Assembly: GCA_964352085.1 (NCBI GenBank)
Contig: CAYGPN010000007.1
Coordinates: forward strand, 27,725 to 91,724
Reading direction: 5' to 3'
Source of the DNA: an uncultured Gammaproteobacteria bacterium
Lineage (GTDB): Bacteria > Cyanobacteriota > Vampirovibrionia > LMEP-6097 > CAYGPN01
Length of the DNA: 64,000 bases
Shown here: positions 8,974-16,624 of the stretch, in pieces
Position numbering within the stretch: position 1 is the stretch's first letter
Layout of the letters: each line of letters opens with the position of its first letter
Position numbers and translations under genes: made by a program
Notes under the pieces: generated by a model
Databases searched by the model: none
Told to the model about the DNA's origin: nothing
What the model saw: only the letters and a program-made list of their open reading frames with translations

Positions 8974-10758
8974 TTAAAGAAAAGATTTTATATACTCTTG
9001 GCGCTCTTTGGACTCTTTTGAGTAGGTCCCGGCAGGGTCAACAGCCAGGTATTTCTCATAAAGGTCAATTGCTGCTATTAGCTCACGCTTTTCTTCCAGT
9101 AAAATAGCTGCAAAGAAGATTGCATCGCTTTGATTTTTTTCATCTAATGCAAAAGCTTTTTTGTAAGCATTCAGAGCCTCTTCTTTTTTATCTAAAGCTT
9201 GGAATGCTGTACCAAGGTTATACCAAGCACTAGAATTATCTGGGAAAAGAACAATTACTGACTCGTAACTTAAAATAGCTTCTTCGTTATTTCCAGCTGA
9301 TTGAAGATCAATCCCCTTAGACAAAAGTCCGTTTGCTTTTTCTAATTTAACAGTTGTGATTGCATCTTTGTATTCAGGTTTTTGATCTAGCTCGTAAGCA
9401 AACTCATAATTATCTAAAGCTTTATCAATGTTCCCTGTAGCTTGATAGGCAGTTCCTAGATTAAAGTAGACTTGGTCATCTTCTGGTCTATCAGCAGCAA
9501 TTGCGTTATAGACTTTTATAGCATCTTCAAGTTTACCCATCTCTTGCAAGCGAATTGCATGCTGGAAGCCCTTCTCTACAGCAACGTTCGCTTTTTTACT
9601 TAAAAGGTTATCAAGCGCATCTTGAGCTAAGTTATCTCGAGGTCTTAAATCTAAAGTTCTTCTGTAAGCTTTCTCTGCTCTTATGAAATCATTCTTTGCC
9701 TGGAATGCTGTACCAATGTTGTAGTGGATATCAGCGTTGTTTGGTTCTAGATTTAAAGCTTTAATATATTCAGCAAGTGCAGCATCGTATTTTTCTGCTT
9801 TTTGAAGATCTAGTGCGCGGTTGATAAATAGAGAGCTTTGAGTTTTAACTCTATCAACTCTTAAAGTTTTTAAGCCTTCAAGTGCGAGTCTATTATCAGG
9901 TGAAATTTCTAGTGCCCTTCTAAAACCTCTTTCTGCTTGTGTGAAATTTCCTTGAAGTTGGTATGCAGTTGCAAGTCCAGTATGGTTGCTTGCAATGTTT
10001 GGAGCCATACGAACTGCTGCTAGCCAGCCATTTACCAAAGCTGATTGCGCAATTCGACTATCAGGTTCTTTTGCAATTGCATCCTTGTAAAAATCAATAC
10101 CCTTGCTGATTTCGTTTTTGGCAACGTAGAGATCACCAAGTTTTACAATTGGTCTAATATCATCACCAGCAATTTGCTGAGCCATAGTTAAACTATCAAT
10201 TGCTTTATTTGCATACTCAAGTTTCCTTCCTGTTTTTAAATAAAGCACATGGTAGATCTCACCAATTTCTAGATAGGCCTCTAAATTTTCTTTGAGTCTG
10301 ATAGATTCTCTTGCTTCAGCAATTGCAGCAAAAAAATTAGCTCTCTTTCGTTCTTTCTGAGCAAGTTTCAGTCTAGTATCTATATCTTTTGGATCTTCAC
10401 CAAGCTCTTCAAGTTTGGTGTCTAAGTTTATTCTTGAAACATTATTATTTATGTCGTAATAAAGAGCATTTCTAAATTCGCGTGCAGCGCCATCATCATC
10501 AGTTCTTTCAACGAGATATTTACCGTAGTTGTTGTGAGTGATACTAAGATTGGCTAATATATCTTTGTTGCCTGGTGAATAACTGAGTGCTCTTGTGAAA
10601 GATTTGATCGCTTGAATATAATTGCGATTATTGTGATAGGTTATTCCTTCATTTATAAAACGTGTTAAATCATCAGATTCATATTCGGCATTTGCAGCAT
10701 TTGCTAATGCGAAACTTGAGATTAATGAAAGAATGATTAGTGGCTTTTTAATTTTCAA
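8974..10758 (-). CDS. tetratricopeptide-repeat (TPR) protein with an N-terminal signal peptide
   Basis: 594 aa. The signal peptide is MKIKKPLIILSLISSFALANAANA. There are multiple 34-aa TPR-like units (AxxxYxxALxxxP...). Confidence 0.75.
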   Translation of the reverse strand: MKIKKPLIILSLISSFALANAANAEYESDDLTRFINEGITYHNNRNYIQAIKSFTRALSYSPGNKDILANLSITHNNYGKYLVERTDDDGAAREFRNALYYDINNNVSRINLDTKLEELGEDPKDIDTRLKLAQKERKRANFFAAIAEARESIRLKENLEAYLEIGEIYHVLYLKTGRKLEYANKAIDSLTMAQQIAGDDIRPIVKLGDLYVAKNEISKGIDFYKDAIAKEPDSRIAQSALVNGWLAAVRMAPNIASNHTGLATAYQLQGNFTQAERGFRRALEISPDNRLALEGLKTLRVDRVKTQSSLFINRALDLQKAEKYDAALAEYIKALNLEPNNADIHYNIGTAFQAKNDFIRAEKAYRRTLDLRPRDNLAQDALDNLLSKKANVAVEKGFQHAIRLQEMGKLEDAIKVYNAIAADRPEDDQVYFNLGTAYQATGNIDKALDNYEFAYELDQKPEYKDAITTVKLEKANGLLSKGIDLQSAGNNEEAILSYESVIVLFPDNSSAWYNLGTAFQALDKKEEALNAYKKAFALDEKNQSDAIFFAAILLEEKRELIAAIDLYEKYLAVDPAGTYSKESKERQEYIKSFL

Positions 10759-10940
10759 GATATTCTTCTTTAGGCGCTATACGGATTGTTAAGTTTTATA
10801 TTCGCGCTCAGATATTATAACTTTTTCCTTGAATTTAGGCTATTCTCAGATCTTCTCTTAAATTTAGTTAACAATACTGTTAACAGTTTCTTAAATATTT
10901 TGTAATATAATATTGGAAAGTATTGTGAGGCAAGGAGTAC

Positions 10941-11603
10941 ATGCCAGAAGATTTTTATAAATACCTCGAAAGTGGTTTTCATAATGCGGCGAAAGCTCTG
11001 ATCTATGCATTGGAGGCTAAGGATCCTTACACAAGTGGTCATAGCTATAGAGTTTATAAAGTTGCAAAACAATTAGGTGAGATGTTAGATCTCAGTGAAG
11101 AAGACCAATTTCATTTAGAGGGTGGTTCACTGCTCCACGATGTCGGCAAGATCGGTATTCGCGACGATGTACTTTTTAAGCCAGCAACTTTAAGTTCTGA
11201 AGAGTTTGAGGTGATGAAATCTCATGTTCTTCTTGGCGCAAATATAGTTTCTAAAATTGATGTACTTAAATGTTGCCTTGAGCCGGTTCTTTTTCATCAC
11301 GAAAGAATTGACGGGAAAGGCTACCCGCATGGCTTAATGGGTGATGAAGTTCCTTTCATAGCTAAAATTACAACAGTTGCCGATTGCTACGATGCAATGA
11401 CAACAAATAGAGTTTATATGCCAGCGCGCTCACCTCAAGATGGATTAGAGGAAGTTATTAGATGCTCTGGTAGCCAATTTGAGCCAGTCGTTGTAGAAGC
11501 CTTTGTTGAATGGTGGCACAATAAAAATAAAGCTAAAGACCCTATTATTCAGTCTGAAACTCAAAGAGTGAAACATGAAAAAGGTTTAAAAGTAGTTTAT
11601 TGA
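10941..11603 (+). CDS. HD-GYP domain phosphohydrolase (c-di-GMP phosphodiesterase family), stand-alone
   Basis: 220 aa with HD...HDVGKIGI...HHERIDGKGYPHGL (the HD and GYP signature). No receiver domain is present. Confidence 0.8.
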   Translation: MPEDFYKYLESGFHNAAKALIYALEAKDPYTSGHSYRVYKVAKQLGEMLDLSEEDQFHLEGGSLLHDVGKIGIRDDVLFKPATLSSEEFEVMKSHVLLGANIVSKIDVLKCCLEPVLFHHERIDGKGYPHGLMGDEVPFIAKITTVADCYDAMTTNRVYMPARSPQDGLEEVIRCSGSQFEPVVVEAFVEWWHNKNKAKDPIIQSETQRVKHEKGLKVVY

Positions 11604-11677
11604 TATTTGCCTTTACGGTTTTTGAAAATCAACCTATAATGCAGTTACCAGAAACATTCTGGTAATGGGGTTTTACT

Positions 11678-12262
11678 ATGAAAAAATTAATTACAAGTAT
11701 TTCAGTTGCTGCGTTATTAGCAAGCAGTTTTATTTCAGCTGAGGCTAAGAAATCTACAATTGAATTTGTGGGTAGTGTTTCAGGTTTTGTGAAAATCAAC
11801 TCGCGCTCAAATAGAAATAAAAATAGCACAGTGAGAATTGTTGTTGATCGTATAGATCGAGATTTAGTAGAAGATTTAGAAAGTGGTGATTTGCTTGAGG
11901 CTTGGTTGGTTGATGAAGGGAGAGCTAGCGCGCTTAATGTTGTAAGTAGTGTTGATCCTATCGATGCTTCTCCTGAAGATGAGCAGCCTTTTGGCGATAC
12001 TGCTGTAACGCCACTTGGCTCAACAGTTCTAGATACAAATGGTAACCCCGTTGCTATTTCAAATGTCTCTTTTATAAATTTAGTTGAAGCAGCACCTTTT
12101 GCCATGACTTTAGGCACATTGAAGAAAACTAAAAAGGGAAATTACGTAGGTAATTTTAAAGTCAGATCTAACTTTAACTCTTTTGACTCATTGATGATCA
12201 CTCGTGAGCGTGGTTCTGACCCGCGTCCCGGTGGTTTAGTTGGTGAGGCTAAAGGTCTTTAA
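11678..12262 (+). CDS. hypothetical secreted protein (194 aa)
   Basis: Sec signal peptide MKKLITSISVAALLASSFISAEA. Preferred over the overlapping antisense ORF 11629..12117. Confidence 0.45.
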   Translation: MKKLITSISVAALLASSFISAEAKKSTIEFVGSVSGFVKINSRSNRNKNSTVRIVVDRIDRDLVEDLESGDLLEAWLVDEGRASALNVVSSVDPIDASPEDEQPFGDTAVTPLGSTVLDTNGNPVAISNVSFINLVEAAPFAMTLGTLKKTKKGNYVGNFKVRSNFNSFDSLMITRERGSDPRPGGLVGEAKGL

Positions 12263-13051
12263 TTAGTTATTTATAAGTTCTAGAATTTCTTCAACTGAAT
12301 ATCTAAGTGCTTCTTTTCCGATCTCTTCAGTAGATCCGCTGTAGTCAGCGCGCATAACACCGTCTGGATAAAGGTCTCTGAACTTTGCGGGCATAACCCA
12401 AGTGCAGTCTGGACCCGTTACTTCTTTTTGAGGGCACTTGTAAGATTTAGGCATCTTCATTGCACCAGGTACTAAAGCCATAGTTAGGGAAATTTCTGTT
12501 GGTGTTGCGTGATAGCCTTCTTTTTCACCAAAGTGTTTATCAATAATGTTTTTTTGCAAGCCTGGCATAACCCACCAGTTTATAAAGCGCACTTCAAGAT
12601 CTGCAAATTCATCAGCTTTTTCTTGCATTGCATTTAAGAAAGGTCCTTTGTTGCCGCCATGTCCGTTAACGACATAGATTTTTTTAAAGCCATGTTTTTT
12701 TAAACTTGAAAGAATATCAACAATGACATTTATATAAGTAGTTGGGCGAAGAGCCATTGTGCCCGGAAAGCCCAAATGGTGCATAGCCATACCAAAATTT
12801 AAAGGTGGCGCGCAAAGAACACCACTAAGCTCAGCTACAGCATATGAAATTCCAGTAGCTGTAATATGATCGATTCCTATAATTCCATCTGGGCCGTGCT
12901 GCTCAGTACTACCTATAGGTAGGATAATTCGATCATCTTTCTTTAGATATTCTTCCACCTCTTGCCAAGTCTTATTAGCCAAGACTTGCTTGTTAGTTGC
13001 GGGATTCATTAATTCTGTAGGGTTTTCCAGGAATTGCTTTAAAGTCGCCAT
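12263..13051 (-). CDS. creatininase (creatinine amidohydrolase) family protein
   Basis: 262 aa with the characteristic GSTEQHGP...VNGHGGN motifs. Confidence 0.8.
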   Translation of the reverse strand: MATLKQFLENPTELMNPATNKQVLANKTWQEVEEYLKKDDRIILPIGSTEQHGPDGIIGIDHITATGISYAVAELSGVLCAPPLNFGMAMHHLGFPGTMALRPTTYINVIVDILSSLKKHGFKKIYVVNGHGGNKGPFLNAMQEKADEFADLEVRFINWWVMPGLQKNIIDKHFGEKEGYHATPTEISLTMALVPGAMKMPKSYKCPQKEVTGPDCTWVMPAKFRDLYPDGVMRADYSGSTEEIGKEALRYSVEEILELINN

Positions 13052-13120
13052 AAAGTAAATTTTAGCCTAGTATTCCTGTTCTGTAAGCTTTCTGCTTATT
13101 TTAGGGAATATTGCAGATGA

Positions 13121-13819
13121 GTGGAAATCCTAAGCCAAATTAGGATAAGATTTTCATTGGATAGATTTATGAGATTAATTAGTAGTTTAGTTTTAATTTG
13201 TACATTATCACTTCTTTTAGTGCGCCCTTCTTTGGCGGAAGAAGTGCAGAAAGAAAATGCAGGTGCTTCTAAAGATTTCGTACTTAATTATGAAGAAAGC
13301 ACGATAATTGATCCAGCTATAATTCAAAATTCTATAAAACAAGAATCAATAAAAGTAACTAAAGAAATTGATGTTGCTGAAAAAAAGAAAGCTGACCCTA
13401 AGGCTGAGAAGGATAAACGATACGAAACATATAACGGATATATTGCTCAAAGTTTTGAATCAATTGAAGAAGATGAATGGAGCGCTGCTTTAGTAAACAT
13501 CAAATCAGTGTCTAACTATTTCCTTGCAGAGGCAAGAAAATATCCTCAAGAGAAGGAGATTAATGTTTATTTTGGCTTAACAGAAGTTTTTGTATCGTAT
13601 ATTGAAACAGGGATTGAGATTGATAAAGATGTTGATGTGCCTGACTTAGCTAAGATTAAAAAAATGTCAGAAGAGAATCAAAAAAAATCAAACAGTCTAT
13701 CTAAGAAATCTCATGTTGATTATTTAGACGCAAGTTTTAAACTTATTGATCAGTATATTGAAGATGACCTTCTTTACGTAAAAGAAGCTGAAAAATACGA
13801 GAAGAAGGATGAAATTTAA
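13121..13819 (+). CDS. hypothetical secreted protein (232 aa), translationally coupled to hisB
   Basis: Hydrophobic N-terminal signal/anchor. The stop TAA overlaps the hisB ATG (TAATG). Confidence 0.45.
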   Translation: MEILSQIRIRFSLDRFMRLISSLVLICTLSLLLVRPSLAEEVQKENAGASKDFVLNYEESTIIDPAIIQNSIKQESIKVTKEIDVAEKKKADPKAEKDKRYETYNGYIAQSFESIEEDEWSAALVNIKSVSNYFLAEARKYPQEKEINVYFGLTEVFVSYIETGIEIDKDVDVPDLAKIKKMSEENQKKSNSLSKKSHVDYLDASFKLIDQYIEDDLLYVKEAEKYEKKDEI

Positions 13820-14445
13820 TGGCTATAGAGTCAGTAGAGAGAACAGGTCAAAGATTAATGTCAAGAAAAGCTAAGGTAGAACGTAAAACAAAAGAGACTT
13901 CTATAATTGTCGAGATTGATCTTGATGGCACAGGTAAAGGTGAGATTAAAACTGGTGTTCCTTTTTTCGATCATATGCTTGAGCAATTTAATAAACATGC
14001 TTTTGTCGACTTGACGGTTAAATGTGTTGGGGACCATCATATAGATGATCATCACGCTGTTGAAGATACTGGAATTGTTTTGGGGCAAGCTATCGAGAAA
14101 GCTCTAGGTGACCGTAAAGGAATAAAAAGATACGCAAGCGCGCGCGTGCCAATGGATGAAGCTCTTTTAACTGCTGATATTGATCTGGGAACTAGACCAT
14201 ATTTGGTTTACGATATTATTCTTGGGAAAGAAAAAATAAATGATTTTGAAACTGAACTTTGCATAGAATTTTGGCGTGCACTTTCAAACAATGTGCCGAT
14301 GTGCTTACACTTTCATAAATTAACTGGGAAAAATAGTCATCATATAATTGAAGCAAGTTTTAAAGCTTTTGCACTTGCCTTTGATCAAGCTAAGATGATT
14401 GATGATCGTATTGATGATGTTAGAACAACTAAAGGTTTGATTTAA
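13819..14445 (+). CDS. hisB: imidazoleglycerol-phosphate dehydratase (monofunctional)
   Basis: 208 aa with IGPD motifs: FDHML...DHHIDDHHAVEDTGI... Confidence 0.9.
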   Translation: MAIESVERTGQRLMSRKAKVERKTKETSIIVEIDLDGTGKGEIKTGVPFFDHMLEQFNKHAFVDLTVKCVGDHHIDDHHAVEDTGIVLGQAIEKALGDRKGIKRYASARVPMDEALLTADIDLGTRPYLVYDIILGKEKINDFETELCIEFWRALSNNVPMCLHFHKLTGKNSHHIIEASFKAFALAFDQAKMIDDRIDDVRTTKGLI

Positions 14446-14465
14446 AAATGATTTAAAAGTTAAAG

Positions 14466-14510
14466 ATTTCCGGTATTCCGGGTCTGACCCCTTTATGACC
14501 CCTTTTTTAT
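14466..14510 (+). terminator. putative intrinsic terminator after hisB
   Basis: CCGGtattCCGG / GGGTCTGACCCC hairpins followed by a T-rich tract. Confidence 0.3.
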
Positions 14511-14559
14511 TTTTAGTTTATAAAGAAGCTAAATTGTGAATTCTGTATATCAATTCTTT

Positions 14560-14595
14560 ATTTTTTCCTTTGCTTTGCTATAATATACTTCAACC
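14560..14595 (+). promoter_or_regulatory. putative sigma70-type promoter for the MNIO peptide operon
   Basis: tgcTATAATat (an extended -10) lies about 55 nt upstream of the precursor ATG. AAGGA RBS at -12. Confidence 0.3.
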
Positions 14596-14646
14596 ACGAA
14601 GGTAATTGCTCCAGGGGGAAGCAAAAGTAAAAGGAACTCAAAACAG

Positions 14647-14922
14647 ATGAAGAAAACAAAAATCTTAGGTGCTGCATTAGCTGCTGGTTTAACTGCAGGT
14701 GCTGCAAACGCAATCAACGTACCAGGAGTAGATACTAGTGCAAACACTCTATTTGCAATGGAAGAAGTAGCTTCTCCATCATTGCTTTTAGCTGGTCACG
14801 GTCAATGTGGCGCTGGCAAATGCGGTGGTGATAAGTCTTGCAAAGGTGATCACGACTGTAAAGGTGATCATGACTGCAAAGGCGATCATGATTGTAAAGG
14901 TGATAAGTCTTGCAAAGGTTAA
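14647..14922 (+). CDS. RiPP-type precursor peptide: Sec signal peptide plus a Cys/His/Asp-rich repetitive core (candidate copper-binding peptide precursor, BufA/HvfA-like)
   Basis: 91 aa. MKKTKILGAALAAGLTAGAANA (AxA cleavage site), then QCGAGKCGGDKSCKGDHDCKGDHDCKGDHDCKGDKSCKG, which contains seven Cys. It sits immediately upstream of the DUF692/DUF2063 pair and has a good RBS. Confidence 0.65.
   Translation: MKKTKILGAALAAGLTAGAANAINVPGVDTSANTLFAMEEVASPSLLLAGHGQCGAGKCGGDKSCKGDHDCKGDHDCKGDHDCKGDKSCKG
14821..14919 (+). repeat. tandem 18-bp coding repeat (about 5.5 units) encoding (C-G/K-G-D-H/K-D/S)n
   Basis: tgcaaaggtgatcacgac / tgtaaaggtgatcatgac / tgcaaaggcgatcatgat / tgtaaaggtgataagtct / tgcaaaggt. 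There is synonymous third-position variation between units. Confidence 0.85.
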
Positions 14923-14942
14923 TTGAGCTATACTAATAGTCA

Positions 14943-15857
14943 ATGACTTTTAAGAAAACTAAAATTAATAAATTTGGTTTAGGACTAGGGTTGAGGAGTG
15001 AATTGCTCTCCTCAACCCTTTCTTTTTGTCAAGAAAATCCTGAAAATGATCTTATTCAGTGGTTAGAGTTTATCCCTGAAAACTACGCTACTAAAGGTGG
15101 CAAGCATAGAAAAAGTTTTAGGCAAGCAGTGGATGCTGGCTTTCAGTTAATCCCACATTCAGTTTCTATAAGCATAGGAACCGCACCTAAAGAAAAGGGT
15201 GAGATAGTTTTTAATAAATATCTTTTGGATTCTTTGAAAGATATTTTCACTGAAGTAAAACCACCTTGGTTTTCTGATCATTTATCTTTTTCCTACATTG
15301 ATGGTATTTATCTTGAAGACTTAATACCTCTCCCAAGAACTCAAGAAGCGATTGATGTGGTTGCAGACAATGTTAAGTATCTGCAAGATGAATTTCAACT
15401 TCCTTTTTTGGTTGAAAACCCTAGTTACTACTCAAACATTATTCTAAGTGAGATGAAAGAGTATGAATTTTTAAACTCAATAGTGAATAAAGCAGATTGT
15501 GGTTTGCTTTTAGATGTAAACAATATTTATGTCAATTCTGTGAATCATGAATATGATGCTTTTAACTTTCTAGATAATATGGATCTTGATAGAGTGGTTC
15601 AAGTGCATGTGGCTGGGCATGATGCTGATTATAAAACTCCAAGTGGTGAGTTTTTAAAAGTTTTAGATACTCACGGACAAAAAACTTTGCCTGTTGTAAT
15701 GGAGCTTCTAGACAGGCTTTTAGAGAAGACAGAAGTTAACGGTATTCTTTTAGAAAGAGACGGAAATTATCCTGAAGATTTTAAAGAGATAACTGATGAG
15801 TTGAAAGAAATTCGCGCTGTCATGAATAAGCACGAAAAAGTTTTGGAGGTGGTGTAA
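14943..15857 (+). CDS. DUF692 / MNIO (multinuclear non-heme iron oxidative) enzyme, MbnB/BufB/HvfB-like
   Basis: 304 aa. It begins FGLGLGLR and has the TIM-barrel xylose-isomerase-like pattern with conserved His/Asp/Glu positions (PHSVSISIG, SDHLSF, ENPS, LLLDVNN, HVAGH). Confidence 0.8.
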   Translation: MTFKKTKINKFGLGLGLRSELLSSTLSFCQENPENDLIQWLEFIPENYATKGGKHRKSFRQAVDAGFQLIPHSVSISIGTAPKEKGEIVFNKYLLDSLKDIFTEVKPPWFSDHLSFSYIDGIYLEDLIPLPRTQEAIDVVADNVKYLQDEFQLPFLVENPSYYSNIILSEMKEYEFLNSIVNKADCGLLLDVNNIYVNSVNHEYDAFNFLDNMDLDRVVQVHVAGHDADYKTPSGEFLKVLDTHGQKTLPVVMELLDRLLEKTEVNGILLERDGNYPEDFKEITDELKEIRAVMNKHEKVLEVV

Positions 15858-16582
15858 TGGCAGTCAAGACTCCAAGCTTAAGAGAGCTGCAACAAGAGAT
15901 AAAAACTTTTATCTTAGAAAATAAAGAAGGCTCTGTAACTACTTTGCCCAAGCATGAATATGGCAGGCTTAGTATTTACCGTGACCTGATTTATAATATG
16001 ACCACAAATTTCTTTGGGGATGTTTTTCCGCTTTCATATAAATTTTTAAAAAGCGAGTGGAGATCTTTAGTCAAAGAATACTACTCTAAATACACTCCAG
16101 ATGATCCGATTTTGGTTTACATGGCATATAACTTCCCTCTATTTATTCAAGAAAAAGGAGTCGGTCCTGCTTACTTGGCTGAGCTTGCTCTTTATGAGTG
16201 GTGTGAGCTAGAAGTTTCTATTTGCAAGCCTGAAGAGAAGGAGCAAGGCATTAACCCAGCTCATTTGGTAATTGATTTTGAATATCCAGTTACAGACATT
16301 GCTATTGAAATAGAAAAAGATAATCTGTCATACGAGCCTGAGCAAAAGAAACAACAAATACTTTTTTACAGAGACCCTGAAACATTACTAGTAAAAACTT
16401 TTGTGCTTGCACCTACTACGGCGATTGCTATAGAGATGCTTGATAACGGAGCTAGCTTAGGTGAGATCGCTTTAAAGGTTAAGGAAGCTTTCTCATTGCC
16501 AAATGAGATGGATGAAAAATTAAGAACAGATCTATCTGCTTTAATAGCTTCCTTGCAAGATAAGGGTATACTGCTAAAATAG
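15857..16582 (+). CDS. DUF2063-family partner protein (MbnC/BufC/HvfC-like)
   Basis: 241 aa. The start overlaps the MNIO stop (TAATG). The N-terminal L..Q..F...I / RLSIYRDLIYN...FGDVFP motifs are typical of DUF2063 partners of DUF692 enzymes. Confidence 0.65.
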   Translation: MAVKTPSLRELQQEIKTFILENKEGSVTTLPKHEYGRLSIYRDLIYNMTTNFFGDVFPLSYKFLKSEWRSLVKEYYSKYTPDDPILVYMAYNFPLFIQEKGVGPAYLAELALYEWCELEVSICKPEEKEQGINPAHLVIDFEYPVTDIAIEIEKDNLSYEPEQKKQQILFYRDPETLLVKTFVLAPTTAIAIEMLDNGASLGEIALKVKEAFSLPNEMDEKLRTDLSALIASLQDKGILLK

Positions 16583-16624
16583 AGAATAGGCGCTGCTTTC
16601 CTTAGTCATTTAGCCTTCTCTACT

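Noticed and set aside
11629-12117. 162-aa minus-strand ORF antisense to the 11678..12262 gene.
   Set aside because: The plus-strand ORF has a canonical Sec signal peptide and a better start context. The minus ORF is Ser/Thr/Ala-rich low complexity, typical of antisense translation.
14470-14491. GGGTCTGACCCC motif shared with the 43002-43021 inverted-repeat arm.
   Set aside because: Only about 11 nt are shared, and it sits in a terminator-like context. That is insufficient to call a second repeat family, so it is mentioned only within the inverted-repeat finding.
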